From: Eledone cirrhosa
Taxonomy: Eukaryota
NCBI GenBank assembly: GCA_964016885.1
Contig: OZ024743.1
Span: 271,622,001 to 271,686,000, forward strand
Reading direction: 5' to 3'
Length of the DNA: 64,000 nt
Shown piece after piece: positions 1 through 16,500 of the stretch. Under the pieces are notes generated by a model, which was given only the letters and a program-made list of their open reading frames with translations, did not search any database and was not told the DNA's origin. The number at the start of each line of letters is the position of its first letter. Position 1 is the first letter of the stretch. A program made the translations under genes and the position numbers.

Positions 1-1219
1 AACAGCAATAACAACAGTAATGACAACAACAACAGTAACAGCAATAACAACAGTAACAGCAATAACAACAGTAATGACAACAACAACAGTAACAGCAATA
101 ACAACAGTAATGACAACAACAGTAACAGCAATAACAACAGTAATGACAACAACAACAGTAACAGCAATAATAACAGTAATGACAACAACAGTAACAGCAA
201 TAATAACAGTAATGACAACAACAATAGTAACAGAAATAATAACAGCAATAACAACAGTAATGACAACAACAACAGTAACAGCAATAACAACAGTAATGAC
301 AACAACAAAAGTAACAGCAATAACAACAGTAATGACAACAACAACAGTAACAGCAATAATAACAGTAATGACAACAACAACAGTAACAGCAATAATAACA
401 GTAATGACAACAACAGTAACAGCAATAACAACAGTAATGACAACAACAACAGTAACAGCAATAACAACAGTAATGACATCAACAGTAACAGTAATGACAA
501 CAACAATAGTAACAGAAATAATAACAACAGCAATGACAACAACAACAGTAACAGCAATAACAACAGTAACAGCAATAACAACAGTAATGACAACAACAGT
601 AACAGCAATAACAACAGTAATGACAACAACAACAGTAACAGCAATAATAACAGTAATGACAACAACAGTAACAGCAATAATAACAGTAATGACAACAACA
701 ATAGTAACAGAAATAATAACAGTAATGACAACAACAATAGTAACAGCAATAACAACAGTAATGACAACAAGAACAGTAACAGCAATAACAACAGTAACAG
801 CAATAACAACAGTAATGACAACAACAACAGTAACAGCAATAACAACAGTAACAGCAATAACAAAAGTAATGACAACAACAACAACAGTAACAGCAATAAC
901 AACAGTAACAGCAATAACAACAGTAATGACAACAACAACAGTAACAGCAATAACAACAGTAATGACAACAACAATAGTAACAGCAATAACAACAGTAATG
1001 ACAACAACAACAGTAACAGCAATAACAACAGTAATGACAACAACAGTAACAGCAATAACAACAGTAATGACAACAACAACAATAACGGCAATAACAACAG
1101 CAATAACAACAGTAATGACAACAACAGTAACAGCAATAATAATAGTAATGACAAGAACAACAGTAACAGCAATAACAACAGTAATGACAACAACAGTAAC
1201 AGCAATAACAACAGTAATG

Positions 1220-1252
<33 letters not shown>

Positions 1253-4200
1253 GTAACAGCAATAACAACAGTAATGACAACAACAGTAACAGCAATAACA
1301 ACAGTAATGACAACACCAACAGTAACAGAAATAATAACAACAGTAATTACAACAACAACAGTAACAGCAATAACAACAGTAATGACAACAACAGTAACAG
1401 CAATAACAACAGTAATGACAACACCAACAGTTACAGAAATAATAACAACAGTAATTACAACAACAACAGTAACAGCAATAACAACAGTAATGACAACACC
1501 AGTAACAGCAATAACAACAGTAATGACAACAACAGTAACAGCAACAACAACAGTAATTACAACAACAACAGTAACAGCAATAACAACAGCAATGACAACA
1601 ACAACAGTAACAGCAATAACAACAGTAATGACAACAACAACAGTAACAGCAATAACAACAGTAATGGCAACAACAGTAACAGCAATAACAACAGTAATGA
1701 CAACAACAACAATAACGGCAATAACAACAATAATGACAACAACAGTAACAGCAATAACAACAGTAATGACAACAACAGTAACAGCAATAATAACAGTAAT
1801 GACAACAACAGTAACAGCAATAACAACAGTAATGACAACAACAGTAACAGCAATAACAACAGTAATGACAACAACAACAGTAACAGCAATAATAACAGTA
1901 ATGACAACAACAGTAACAGCAATAATAACAGTAATGACAACAACAATAGTAACAGCAATAACAACAGTAATGACAACAACAACAGTAACAGCAATAACAA
2001 CAGAAATGACAACAACAGTAACAGCAATAACAACAGTAATGACAACAACAACAGTAACAGCAATAATAACAGTAATGACAACAACAGTAACAGCAATAAT
2101 AACAGTAATGACAACAACAATAGTAACAGAAATAATAACAGTAATGACAACAACAATAGTAACAGCAATAACAACAGTAATGACAACAACAACAGTAACA
2201 GCAATAACAACAGTAACAGCAATAACAACAGTAATGACAACAACAACAACAGTAACAGCAATAACAACAGTAACAGCAATAACAACAGTAATGACAACAA
2301 CAACAGTAACAGCAATAACAACAGTAACAGCAATAACAACAGTAATGACAACAACAACAGTAACAGCAATAACAACAGTAATGACAACAACAGTAACAGC
2401 AATAACAACAGTAATGACAACAACAACAGTAACAGCAATAATAACAGTAATGACAACAACAGTAACAGCAATAATAACAGTAATGACAACAACAATAGTA
2501 ACAGAAATAATAACAGCAATAACAACAGTAATGACAACAACAACAGTAACAGCAATAACAACAGTAATGACAACAACAAAAGTAACAGCAATAACAACAA
2601 TAATGACAACAACAAGAGTAACAGCAATAATAACAGTAATGACAACAACAACAGTAACAGCAATAATAACAGTAATGACAACAACAGTAACAGCAATAAC
2701 AACAGTAATGACAACAACAACAGTAACAGCAATAACAACAGTAATGACATCAACAGTAACAGTAATGACAACAACAATAGTAACAGAAATAATAACAACA
2801 GCAATGACAACAACAACAGTAACAGCAATAACAACAGTAACAGCAATAACAACAGTAATGACAACAACAACAGTAACAGCAATAATAACAGTAATTACAA
2901 CAACAATAGTAACAGCAATAACAACAGTAATGACAACAACAACAGTAACAGCAATAACAACAGTAATGACAACAACAGTAACAGCAATAACAACAGTAAT
3001 GACAACAACAACAGTAACAGCAATAATAACAGTAATGACAACAACAGTAACAGCAATAATAACAGTAATGACAACAACAATAGTAACAGAAATAATAACA
3101 GTAATGACAACAACAATAGTAACAGCAATAACAACAGTAATGACAACAAGAACAGTAACAGCAATAACAACAGTAACAGCAATAACAACAGTAATGACAA
3201 CAACAACAGTAACAGCAATAACAACAGTAACAACAATAACAACAGTAATGACAACAACAACAACAGTAACAGCAATAACAACAGTAACAGCAATAACAAC
3301 AGTAATGACAACAACAACAGTAACAGCAATAACAACAGTAATGACAACAACAATAGTAACAGCAATAACAACAGTAATGACAACAACAACAGTAACAGCA
3401 ATAACAACAGTAATGACAAAAACAGTAACAGCAATAACAACAGTAATGACAGCAACAACAGTAACAGCAATAATAACAGTAATGACAACAACAGTAACAG
3501 CAATAATAACAGTAATGACAACAACAATAGTAACAGAAATAATAACAGTAATGACAACAACAATAGCAACAGCAATAACAACAGTAATGACAACAACAAC
3601 AGTAACATCAATAACAACAGTAACAGCAATAACAACAGTAATGACAACAACAACAACAGTAACAGCAATAACAACAGTAACAGCAATAACAACAGTAATG
3701 ACAACAACAACAGTAACAGCAATAACAACAGTAATGACAACAACAACAGTAACAGCAATAACAACAGTAATGACAACAACAGTAACAGCAATAACAACAG
3801 TAATGACAACAACAACAATAACAGCAATAACAACAGTAATGACAACAACAGTAACAGCAATAACAACAGTAATGACAACAACAGTAACAGCAATAATAAC
3901 AGTAATGACAACAACAATAACAGCAATAACAACAGTAATGACAACAACAGTAACAGCAATAACAACAGTAATGACAACAACAGTAACAGCAATAACAACA
4001 GTAATGACAACAACAACAGTAACAGTAATGACAAGACCAGTAACAGCAATAACAACAGTAATGACAACAACAACAGTAACAGCAATAATAACAGTAATGA
4101 CAACAACAGTAACAGCAATAATAACAGTAATGACAACAACAATAGTAACAGAAATAATAACAGCAATAACAACAGTAATGACAACAACAACAGTAACAGC

Positions 4201-7200
4201 AATAATAACAGTAATGACAACAACAACAGTAACAGCAATAATAACAGTAATGACAACAACAGTAACAGCAATAACAACAGTAATGACAACAACAACAGTA
4301 ACAGCAATAACAACAGTAATGACATCAACAGTAACATTAATGACAACAACAATAGTAACAGAAATAATAACAACAGCAATGACAACAACAACAGCAACAG
4401 CAATAACAACAGTAACAGCAATAACAACAGTAATGACAACAACAACAGTAACAGCAATAACAACAGTAACAGCAATAACAACAGTAATGACAACAACAAC
4501 AGTAACAGCAATAACAACAGTAACAGCAATAACAACAGTAATGACAACAACAACAGTAACAGCAATAACAACAGTAATGACAACAACAGTAACAGCAATA
4601 ACAACAGTAATGACAACAACAGTAACAGCAATAACAACAGTAATGACAACAACAGTAACAGCAATAATAACAGTAATGACAACAACATTAACAGCAATAA
4701 CAACAGTAATGACAACAACAGTAACAGCAATAACAACAGTAATGACAACAACAGTAACAGCAATAACAACAGTAATGACAACAACAACAGTAACAGCAAT
4801 AATAACAGTAATGACAACAACAGTAACAGCAATAACAACAGTAATGACAACAACAACAGTAACAGCAATAACAACAGTAATGACATCAACAGTAACAGTA
4901 ATGACAACAACAATAGTAACAGAAATAATAACAACAGCAATGACAACAACAACAGTAACAGCAATAACAACAGTAACAGCAATAACAACAGTAATGACAA
5001 CAACAACAACAGTAACAGCAATAACAACAGTAACAGCAATAACAACAGTAATGACAACAACAACAGTAACAGCAATAACAACAGTAACAGCAATAACAAC
5101 AGTAATGACAACAACAACAGTAACAGCAATAACAACAGTAATGACAACAACAGTAACAGCAATAACAACAGTAATGACAACAACAACAATAACGGCAATA
5201 ACAACAGTAATGACAACAACAGTAACAGCAATAACAACAGTAATGACAACAACAGTAACAGCAATAATAACAGTAATGACAACAACAGTAACAGCAATAA
5301 CAACAGTAATGACAACAACAGTAACAGCAATAACAACAGTAATGACAACAACAATAGTAACAGTAATGACAACACCAGTAACAGCAATAACAACAGTAAT
5401 GACAACAACAACAGTAACAGCAATAATAACAGTAATGACAACAACAGTAACAGCAATAATAACAGTAATGACAACAACAATAGTAACAGAAATAATAACA
5501 GCAATAACAACAGTAATGACAACAACAACAGTAACAGCAATAACAACAGTAATGACAACAACAACAGTAACAGCAATAATAACAGTAATGACAACAACAA
5601 CAGTAACAGCAATAATAACAGTAATGACAACAACAGTAACAGCAATAACAACAGTAATGACAACAACAACAGTAACAGCAATAACAACAGTAATGACATC
5701 AACAGTAACAGTAATGACAACAACAATAGTAACAGAAATAATAACAACAGCAATGACAACAACAACAGTAACAGCAATAACAACAGTAATGACAACAACA
5801 ACAGTAACAGCAATAATAACAGTAATGACAACAACAGTAACAGCAATAATAACAGTAATGACAACAACAATAGTAACAGCAATAACAACAGTAATGACAA
5901 CAACAACAGTAACAGCAATAACAACAGTAATGACAACAACAGTAACAGCAATAACAACAGTAATGACAACAACAACAGTAACAGCAATAACAACAGCAAT
6001 GACAACAACAACAGTAACAGCAATAACAACAGTAATGACAACAACAAAAGTAACAGCAATAACAACAGTAATGACAACAACAACAATAACGGCAATAACA
6101 ACAGTAATGACAACAACAGTAACAGCAATAACAACAGTAATGACAACAACAGTAACAGCAATAATAATAGTAATGACAAGAACAACAGTAACAGCAATAA
6201 CAACAGAAATGACAACAACAGTAACAGCAATAACAACAGTAATGACAACAACAACAACAGTAACAGCAATAACAACAGTAATGACAACAACAGTAACAGC
6301 AATAACAACAGTAATGACAACACCAACAGTAACAGAAATAATAACAACAGTAATTACAACAACAACAGTAACAGCAATAACAACAGTAATGACAACAACA
6401 GTAACAGCAATAAAAACAGTAATGACAACAACAATAGTAACAGAAATAATAACAACAGTAATGACAACAACAGTAACAGCAATAACAACAGTAATTACAA
6501 CAACAACAGTAATTACAACAACAACAGTAACAGCAATAACAACAGCAATGACAACAACAACAGTAACAGCAATAACAACAGTAATGACAAAAACAACAGT
6601 AACAGCAATAACAACAGTAATGACAACAACAGTAACAGCAATAACAACAGTAATGACAACAACAACAATAACGGCAATAACAACAGTAATGACAACAACA
6701 GTAACAGCAATAACAACAGTAATGACAACAACAGTAACAGCAATAATAACAGTAATGACAACAACAGTAACAGCAATAACAACAGTAATGACAACAACAG
6801 TAACAGCAATAACAACAGTAATGACAACAACAGTAACAGCAATAACAACAGTAATGACAACAACAACAGTAACAGTAATGACAACACCAGTAACAGCAAT
6901 AACAACAGTAATGACAACAACAACAGTAACAGCAATAACAACAGTAATGACAACAACAACAGTAACAGCAATAATAATAGTAATGACAAGAACAACAGTA
7001 ACAGCAATAATAATAGTAATGACAAGAACAACAGTAACAGCAATAACAACAGTAATGACAACAACAGTAACAGCAATAACAACAGTAATGACAACAACAA
7101 GAGTAACAGCAATAACAACAGTAATGACAACAACAGTAACAGCAATAAAAACAGTAATGACAACAACAATAGTAACAGAAATAATAACAACAGTAATGAC

Positions 7201-10200
7201 AACACCAGTAACAGCAATAACAACAGTAATGACAACAACAGTAACAGCAATAACAACAGTAATTACAACAACAACAGTAATTACAACAACAACAGTAACA
7301 GCAATAACAACAGTAATGACAACAACAGTAACAGCAATAAAAACAGTAATGACAACAACAATAGTAACAGAAATAATAACAACAGTAATGACAACACCAG
7401 TAACAGCAATAACAACAGTAATGACAACAACAGTAACAGCAATAACAACAGTAATTACAACAACAACAGTAATTACAACAACAACAGTAACAGCAATAAC
7501 AACAGCAATGACAACAACAACAGTAACAGCAATAACAACAGTAATGACAAAAACAACAGTAACAGCAATAACAACAGTAATGACAACAACAGTAACAGCA
7601 ATAACAACAGTAATGACAACAACAACAATAACGGCAATAACAACAGTAATGACAACAACAGTAACAGCAACAACAACAGTAATGACAACAACAGTAACAG
7701 CAATAATAACAGTAATGACAACAACAGTAACAGCAATAACAACAGTAATGACAACAACAGTAACAGCGATAACAACAGTAATGACAACAACAGTAACAGC
7801 AATAACAACAGTAATGACAACAACAACAGTAACAGTAATGACAACACCAGTAACAACAATAACAACAGTAATGACAACAACAAGAGTAACATCAATAACA
7901 ACAGTAATGTCAACAACAACAGTAACAGCAATAACAACAGTAATGACAACAACAACAGTAACATCAATAAGAACAGTAATGACAACAACAGTAACAGCAA
8001 TAATAATAGTAATGACAAGAACAACAGTAACAGCAATAACAACAGTAATGACAACAACAACAGTAACAGCAATAACAACAGTAATGACAACAACAGTAAC
8101 AGCAATAAAAACAGTAATGACAACAACAATAGTAACAGAAATAATAACAACAGTAATGACAACACCAGTAACAGCAATAACAACAGTAATGACAACAACA
8201 GTAACAGCAATAACAACAGTAATTACAACAACAACAGTAATTACAACAACAACAGTAACAGCAATAACAACAGCAATGACAACAACAACAGTAACAGCAA
8301 TAACAACAGTAATGACAACAACAGTAACAGCAATAACAACAGTAATGACAACAACAACAGTAATGACAACAACAGTAACAGCAATAACAACAGTAATGAC
8401 AACAACAGTAACAGCAATAACAACATTAATGACAACAACAAAAACAACAACAGTAACAGCAATAACAACAGTAATGACAACAACAGTAACAGCAATAACA
8501 ACAGTAATGACAACACCAACAGTAACAGAAATAATAACGACAGTAATTACAACAACAACAGTAACAGCAATAACAACAGTAATGACAACAACAGTAACAG
8601 CAATAAAAACAGTAATGACAACAACAATAGTAACAGAAATAATAACAACAGTAATGACAACACCAGTAACAGCAATAACAACAGTAATGACAACAACAGT
8701 AACAGCAATAATAACAGTAATGACAACAACAACAGTAACAGCAATAACAACAGCAATGACAACAACAGTAACAGCAATAACAACAGTAATGACAACAACA
8801 ACAATAACGGCAATAACAACAGTAATGACAACAACAGTAACAGCAATAACAACAGTAATGACAACAACAGTAACAGCAATAATAACAGTAATGACAACAA
8901 CAGTAACAGCAATAACAACAGTAATGACAACAACAGTAACAGCAATAACAACAGTAATGACAACAACAACAGTAACAGCAATAACAACAGTAATGACAAC
9001 AACAGTAACAGCAATAAAAACAGTAATGACAACAACAATAGTAACAGAAATAATAACAACAGTAATGACAACACCAGTAACAGCAATAACAACAGTAATG
9101 ACAACAACAGTAACAGCAATAACAACAGTAATTACAACAACAACAGTAATTACAACAACAACAGTAACAGCAATAACAACAGCAATGACAACAACAACAG
9201 TAACAGCAATAACAACAGTAATGACAACAACAACAGTAACAGCAATAACAACAGTAATGACAACAACAGTAACAGCAATAACAACAGTAATGACAACAAC
9301 AACAATAACGGCAATAACAACAGTAATTACAACAACAACAGTAACAGAAATAATAACAACAGTAATTACAACAACAACAGTAACAGCAATAACAACAGTA
9401 ATGACAACAACAGTAACAGCAATAACAACAGTAATGACAACACCAACAGTAACAGAAATAATAACAACAGTAATTACAACAACAAAAGTAACAGCAATAA
9501 CAACAGTAATGACAACACCAGTAACAGCAATAACAACAGTAATGACAACAACAGTAACAGCAACAACAACAGTAATTACAACAACAACAGTAACAGCAAT
9601 AACAACAGCAATGACAACAACAACAGTAACAGCAATAACAACAGTAATGACAACAACAACAGTAACAGCAATAACAACAGTAATGACAACAACAGTAACA
9701 GCAATAACAACAGTAATGACAACAACAACAATAACGGCAATAACAACAATAATGACAACAACAGTAACAGCAATAACAACAGTAATGACAACAACAGTAA
9801 CAGCAATAATAACAGTAATGACAACAACAGTAACAGCAATAACAACAGTAATGACAACAACAGTAACAGCAATAACAACAGTAATGACAACAACAACAGT
9901 AACAGTGATGACAACACCAGTAACAGCAATAACAACAGTAATGACAACAACAACAGTAACAGCAATAACAACAGTAATGACATCAACAGTAACAGTAATG
10001 ACAACAACAATAGTAACAGAAATAATAACAACAGCAATGACAACAACAACAGTAACAGCAATAACAACAGTAACAGCAATAACAACAGTAATGACAACAA
10101 CAACAGTAACAGCAATAATAACAGTAATGACAACAACAGTAACAGCAATAATAACAGTAATGACAACAACAATAGTAACAGCAATAACAACAGTAATGAC

Positions 10201-13200
10201 AACAACAACAGTAACAGCAATAACAACAGTAATGACAACAACAGTAACAGCAATAACAACAGTAATGACAACAACAACAGTAACAGCAATAATAACAGTA
10301 ATGACAACAACAGTAACAGCAATAATAACAGTAATGACAACAACAATAGTAACAGAAATAATAACAGTAATGACAACAACAATAGTAACAGCAATAACAA
10401 CAGTAATGACAACAACAACAGTAACAGCAATAACAACAGTAACAGCAATAACAACAGTAATGTCAACAACAACAACAGTAACAGCAATAACAACAGTAAC
10501 AGCAATAACAACAGTAATGACAACAACAACAGTAACAGCAATAACAACAGTAACAGCAATAACAACAGTAATGACAACAACAACAGTAACAGCAATAACA
10601 ACAGTAATGACAACAACAGTAACAGCAATAACAACAGTAATGACAACAACAACAGTAACAGCAATAATAACAGTAATGACAACAACAGTAACAGCAATAA
10701 TAACAGTAATGACAACAACAATAGTAACAGAAATAATAACAGCAATAACAACAGTAATGACAACAACAACAGTAACAGCAATAACAACAGTAATGACATC
10801 AACAGTAACAGTAATGACAACAACAATAGTAACAGAAATAATAACAACAGCAATGACAACAACAACAGTAACAGCAATAATAACAGTAACAGCAATAACA
10901 ACAGTAATGACAACAACAACAGTAACAGCAATAATAACAGTAATGACAACAACAATAGTAACAGCAATAACAACAGTAATGACAACAACAACAGTAACAG
11001 CAATAACAACAGTAATGACAACAACAGTAACAGCAATAACAACAGTAATGACAACAACAACAGTAACAGCAATAATAACAGTAATGACAACAACAGTAAC
11101 AGCAATAATAACAGTAATGACAACAACAATAGTAACAGAAATAATAACAGTAATGACAACAACAATAGTAACAGCAATAACAACAGTAATGACAACAAGA
11201 ACAGTAACAGCAATAACAACAGTAACAGCAATAACAACAGTAATGACAACAACAACAGTAACAGCAATAACAACAGTAACAGCAATAACAACAGTAATGA
11301 CAACAACAACAACAGTAACAGCAATAACAACAGTAACAGCAATAACAACAGTAATGACAACAACAACAGTAACAGCAATAACAACAGTAATGACAACAAC
11401 AATAGTAACAGCAATAACAACAGTAATGACAACAACAACAGTAACAGCAATAACAACAGTAATGACAACAACAGTAACAGCAATAACAACAGTAATGACA
11501 GCAACAACAGTAACAGCAATAATAACAGTAATGACAACAACAGTAACAGCAATAATAACAGTAATGACAACAACAATAGTAACAGAAATAATAACAGTAA
11601 TGACAACAACAATAGTAACAGCAATAACAACAGTAATGACAACAACAACAGTAACATCAATAACAACAGTAACAGCAATAACAACAGTAATGACAACAAC
11701 AACAACAGTAACAGCAATAACAACAGTAACAGCAATAACAACAGTAATGACAACAACAACAGTAACAGCAATAACAACAGTAATGACAACAACAACAGTA
11801 ACAGCAATAACAACAGTAATGACAACAACAGTAACAGCAATAACAACAGTAATGACAACAACAACAATAACGGCAATAACAACAGTAATGACAACAACAG
11901 TAACAGCAATAACAACAGTAATGACAACAACAGTAACAGCAATAATAACAGTAATGACAACAACAGTAACAGCAATAACAACAGTAATGACAACAACAGT
12001 AACAGCAATAACAACAGTAATGACAACAACAGTAACAGCAATAACAACAGTAATGACAACAACAACAGTAACAGTAATGACAAGACCAGTAACAGCAATA
12101 ACAACAGTAATGACAACAACAACAGTAACAGCAATAACAACAGTAATGACAACAACAGTAACAGCAATAATAACAGTAATGACAACAACAGTAACAGCAA
12201 TAACAACAGTAATGACAACAACAGTAACAGCAATAACAACAGTAATGACAACAACAGTAACAGCAATAACAACAGTAATGACAACAACAACAACAGTAAC
12301 AGCAATAACAACAGTAACAGCAATAACAACAGTAATGACAACAACAACAGTAACAGCAATAACAACAGTAACAGCAATAACAACAGTAATGACAACAACA
12401 ACAGTAACAGCAATAACAACAGTAATGACAACAACAGTAACAGCAATAACAACAGTAATGACAACAACAACAGTAACAGCAATAATAACAGTAATGACAA
12501 CAACAGTAACAGCAATAATAACAGTAATGACAACAACAATAGTAACAGAAATAATAACAGCAATAACAACAGTAATGACAACAACAACAGTAACAGCAAT
12601 AACAACAGTAATGACAACAACAAAAGTAACAGCAATAACAACAGTAATGACAACAACAACAGTAACAGCAATAATAACAGTAATGACAACAACAACAGTA
12701 ACAGCAATAATAACAGTAATGACAACAACAGTAACAGCAATAACAACAGTAATGACAACAACAACAGTAACAGCAATAACAACAGTAATGACATCAACAG
12801 TAACAGTAATGACAACAACAATAGTAACAGAAATAATAACAACAGCAATGACAACAACAACAGTAACAGCAATAACAACAGTAACAGCAATAACAACAGT
12901 AATGACAACAACAGTAACAGCAATAACAACAGTAATGACAACAACAACAGTAACAGCAATAATAACAGTAATGACAACAACAGTAACAGCAATAATAACA
13001 GTAATGACAACAACAATAGTAACAGAAATAATAACAGTAATGACAACAACAATAGTAACAGCAATAACAACAGTAATGACAACAAGAACAGTAACAGCAA
13101 TAACAACAGTAACAGCAATAACAACAGTAATGACAACAACAACAGTAACAGCAATAACAACAGTAACAGCAATAACAAAAGTAATGACAACAACAACAAC

Positions 13201-13534
13201 AGTAACAGCAATAACAACAGTAACAGCAATAACAACAGTAATGACAACAACAACAGTAACAGCAATAACAACAGTAATGACAACAACAATAGTAACAGCA
13301 ATAACAACAGTAATGACAACAACAACAGTAACAGCAATAACAACAGTAATGACAACAACAGTAACAGCAATAACAACAGTAATGACAACAACAACAATAA
13401 CGGCAATAACAACAGCAATAACAACAGTAATGACAACAACAGTAACAGCAATAATAATAGTAATGACAAGAACAACAGTAACAGCAATAACAACAGTAAT
13501 GACAACAACAGTAACAGCAATAACAACAGTAATG

Positions 13535-13567
<33 letters not shown>

Positions 13568-16500
13568 GTAACAGCAATAACAACAGTAATGACAACAACA
13601 GTAACAGCAATAACAACAGTAATGACAACACCAACAGTAACAGAAATAATAACAACAGTAATTACAACAACAACAGTAACAGCAATAACAACAGTAATGA
13701 CAACAACAGTAACAGCAATAACAACAGTAATGACAACACCAACAGTTACAGAAATAATAACAACAGTAATTACAACAACAACAGTAACAGCAATAACAAC
13801 AGTAATGACAACACCAGTAACAGCAATAACAACAGTAATGACAACAACAGTAACAGCAACAACAACAGTAATTACAACAACAACAGTAACAGCAATAACA
13901 ACAGCAATGACAACAACAACAGTAACAGCAATAACAACAGTAATGACAACAACAACAGTAACAGCAATAACAACAGTAATGGCAACAACAGTAACAGCAA
14001 TAACAACAGTAATGACAACAACAACAATAACGGCAATAACAACAATAATGACAACAACAGTAACAGCAATAACAACAGTAATGACAACAACAGTAACAGC
14101 AATAATAACAGTAATGACAACAACAGTAACAGCAATAACAACAGTAATGACAACAACAGTAACAGCAATAACAACAGTAATGACAACAACAACAGTAACA
14201 GCAATAATAACAGTAATGACAACAACAGTAACAGCAATAATAACAGTAATGACAACAACAATAGTAACAGCAATAACAACAGTAATGACAACAACAACAG
14301 TAACAGCAATAACAACAGAAATGACAACAACAGTAACAGCAATAACAACAGTAATGACAACAACAACAGTAACAGCAATAATAACAGTAATGACAACAAC
14401 AGTAACAGCAATAATAACAGTAATGACAACAACAATAGTAACAGAAATAATAACAGTAATGACAACAACAATAGTAACAGCAATAACAACAGTAATGACA
14501 ACAACAACAGTAACAGCAATAACAACAGTAACAGCAATAACAACAGTAATGACAACAACAACAACAGTAACAGCAATAACAACAGTAACAGCAATAACAA
14601 CAGTAATGACAACAACAACAGTAACAGCAATAACAACAGTAACAGCAATAACAACAGTAATGACAACAACAACAGTAACAGCAATAACAACAGTAATGAC
14701 AACAACAGTAACAGCAATAACAACAGTAATGACAACAACAACAGTAACAGCAATAATAACAGTAATGACAACAACAGTAACAGCAATAATAACAGTAATG
14801 ACAACAACAATAGTAACAGAAATAATAACAGCAATAACAACAGTAATGACAACAACAACAGTAACAGCAATAACAACAGTAATGACAACAACAAAAGTAA
14901 CAGCAATAACAACAATAATGACAACAACAAGAGTAACAGCAATAATAACAGTAATGACAACAACAACAGTAACAGCAATAATAACAGTAATGACAACAAC
15001 AGTAACAGCAATAACAACAGTAATGACAACAACAACAGTAACAGCAATAACAACAGTAATGACATCAACAGTAACAGTAATGACAACAACAATAGTAACA
15101 GAAATAATAACAACAGCAATGACAACAACAACAGTAACAGCAATAACAACAGTAACAGCAATAACAACAGTAATGACAACAACAACAGTAACAGCAATAA
15201 TAACAGTAATGACAACAACAATAGTAACAGCAATAACAACAGTAATGACAACAACAACAGTAACAGCAATAACAACAGTAATGACAACAACAGTAACAGC
15301 AATAACAACAGTAATGACAACAACAACAGTAACAGCAATAATAACAGTAATGACAACAACAGTAACAGCAATAATAACAGTAATGACAACAACAATAGTA
15401 ACAGAAATAATAACAGTAATGACAACAACAATAGTAACAGCAATAACAACAGTAATGACAACAAGAACAGTAACAGCAATAACAACAGTAACAGCAATAA
15501 CAACAGTAATGACAACAACAACAGTAACAGCAATAACAACAGTAACAACAATAACAACAGTAATGACAACAACAACAACAGTAACAGCAATAACAACAGT
15601 AACAGCAATAACAACAGTAATGACAACAACAACAGTAACAGCAATAACAACAGTAATGACAACAACAATAGTAACAGCAATAACAACAGTAATGACAACA
15701 ACAACAGTAACAGCAATAACAACAGTAATGACAACAACAGTAACAGCAATAACAACAGTAATGACAGCAACAACAGTAACAGCAATAATAACAGTAATGA
15801 CAACAACAGTAACAGCAATAATAACAGTAATGACAACAACAATAGTAACAGAAATAATAACAGTAATGACAACAACAATAGCAACAGCAATAACAACAGT
15901 AATGACAACAACAACAGTAACATCAATAACAACAGTAACAGCAATAACAACAGTAATGACAACAACAACAACAGTAACAGCAATAACAACAGTAACAGCA
16001 ATAACAACAGTAATGACAACAACAACAGTAACAGCAATAACAACAGTAATGACAACAACAACAGTAACAGCAATAACAACAGTAATGACAACAACAGTAA
16101 CAGCAATAACAACAGTAATGACAACAACAACAATAACAGCAATAACAACAGTAATGACAACAACAGTAACAGCAATAACAACAGTAATGACAACAACAGT
16201 AACAGCAATAATAACAGTAATGACAACAACAATAACAGCAATAACAACAGTAATGACAACAACAGTAACAGCAATAACAACAGTAATGACAACAACAGTA
16301 ACAGCAATAACAACAGTAATGACAACAACAACAGTAACAGTAATGACAAGACCAGTAACAGCAATAACAACAGTAATGACAACAACAACAGTAACAGCAA
16401 TAATAACAGTAATGACAACAACAGTAACAGCAATAATAACAGTAATGACAACAACAATAGTAACAGAAATAATAACAGCAATAACAACAGTAATGACAAC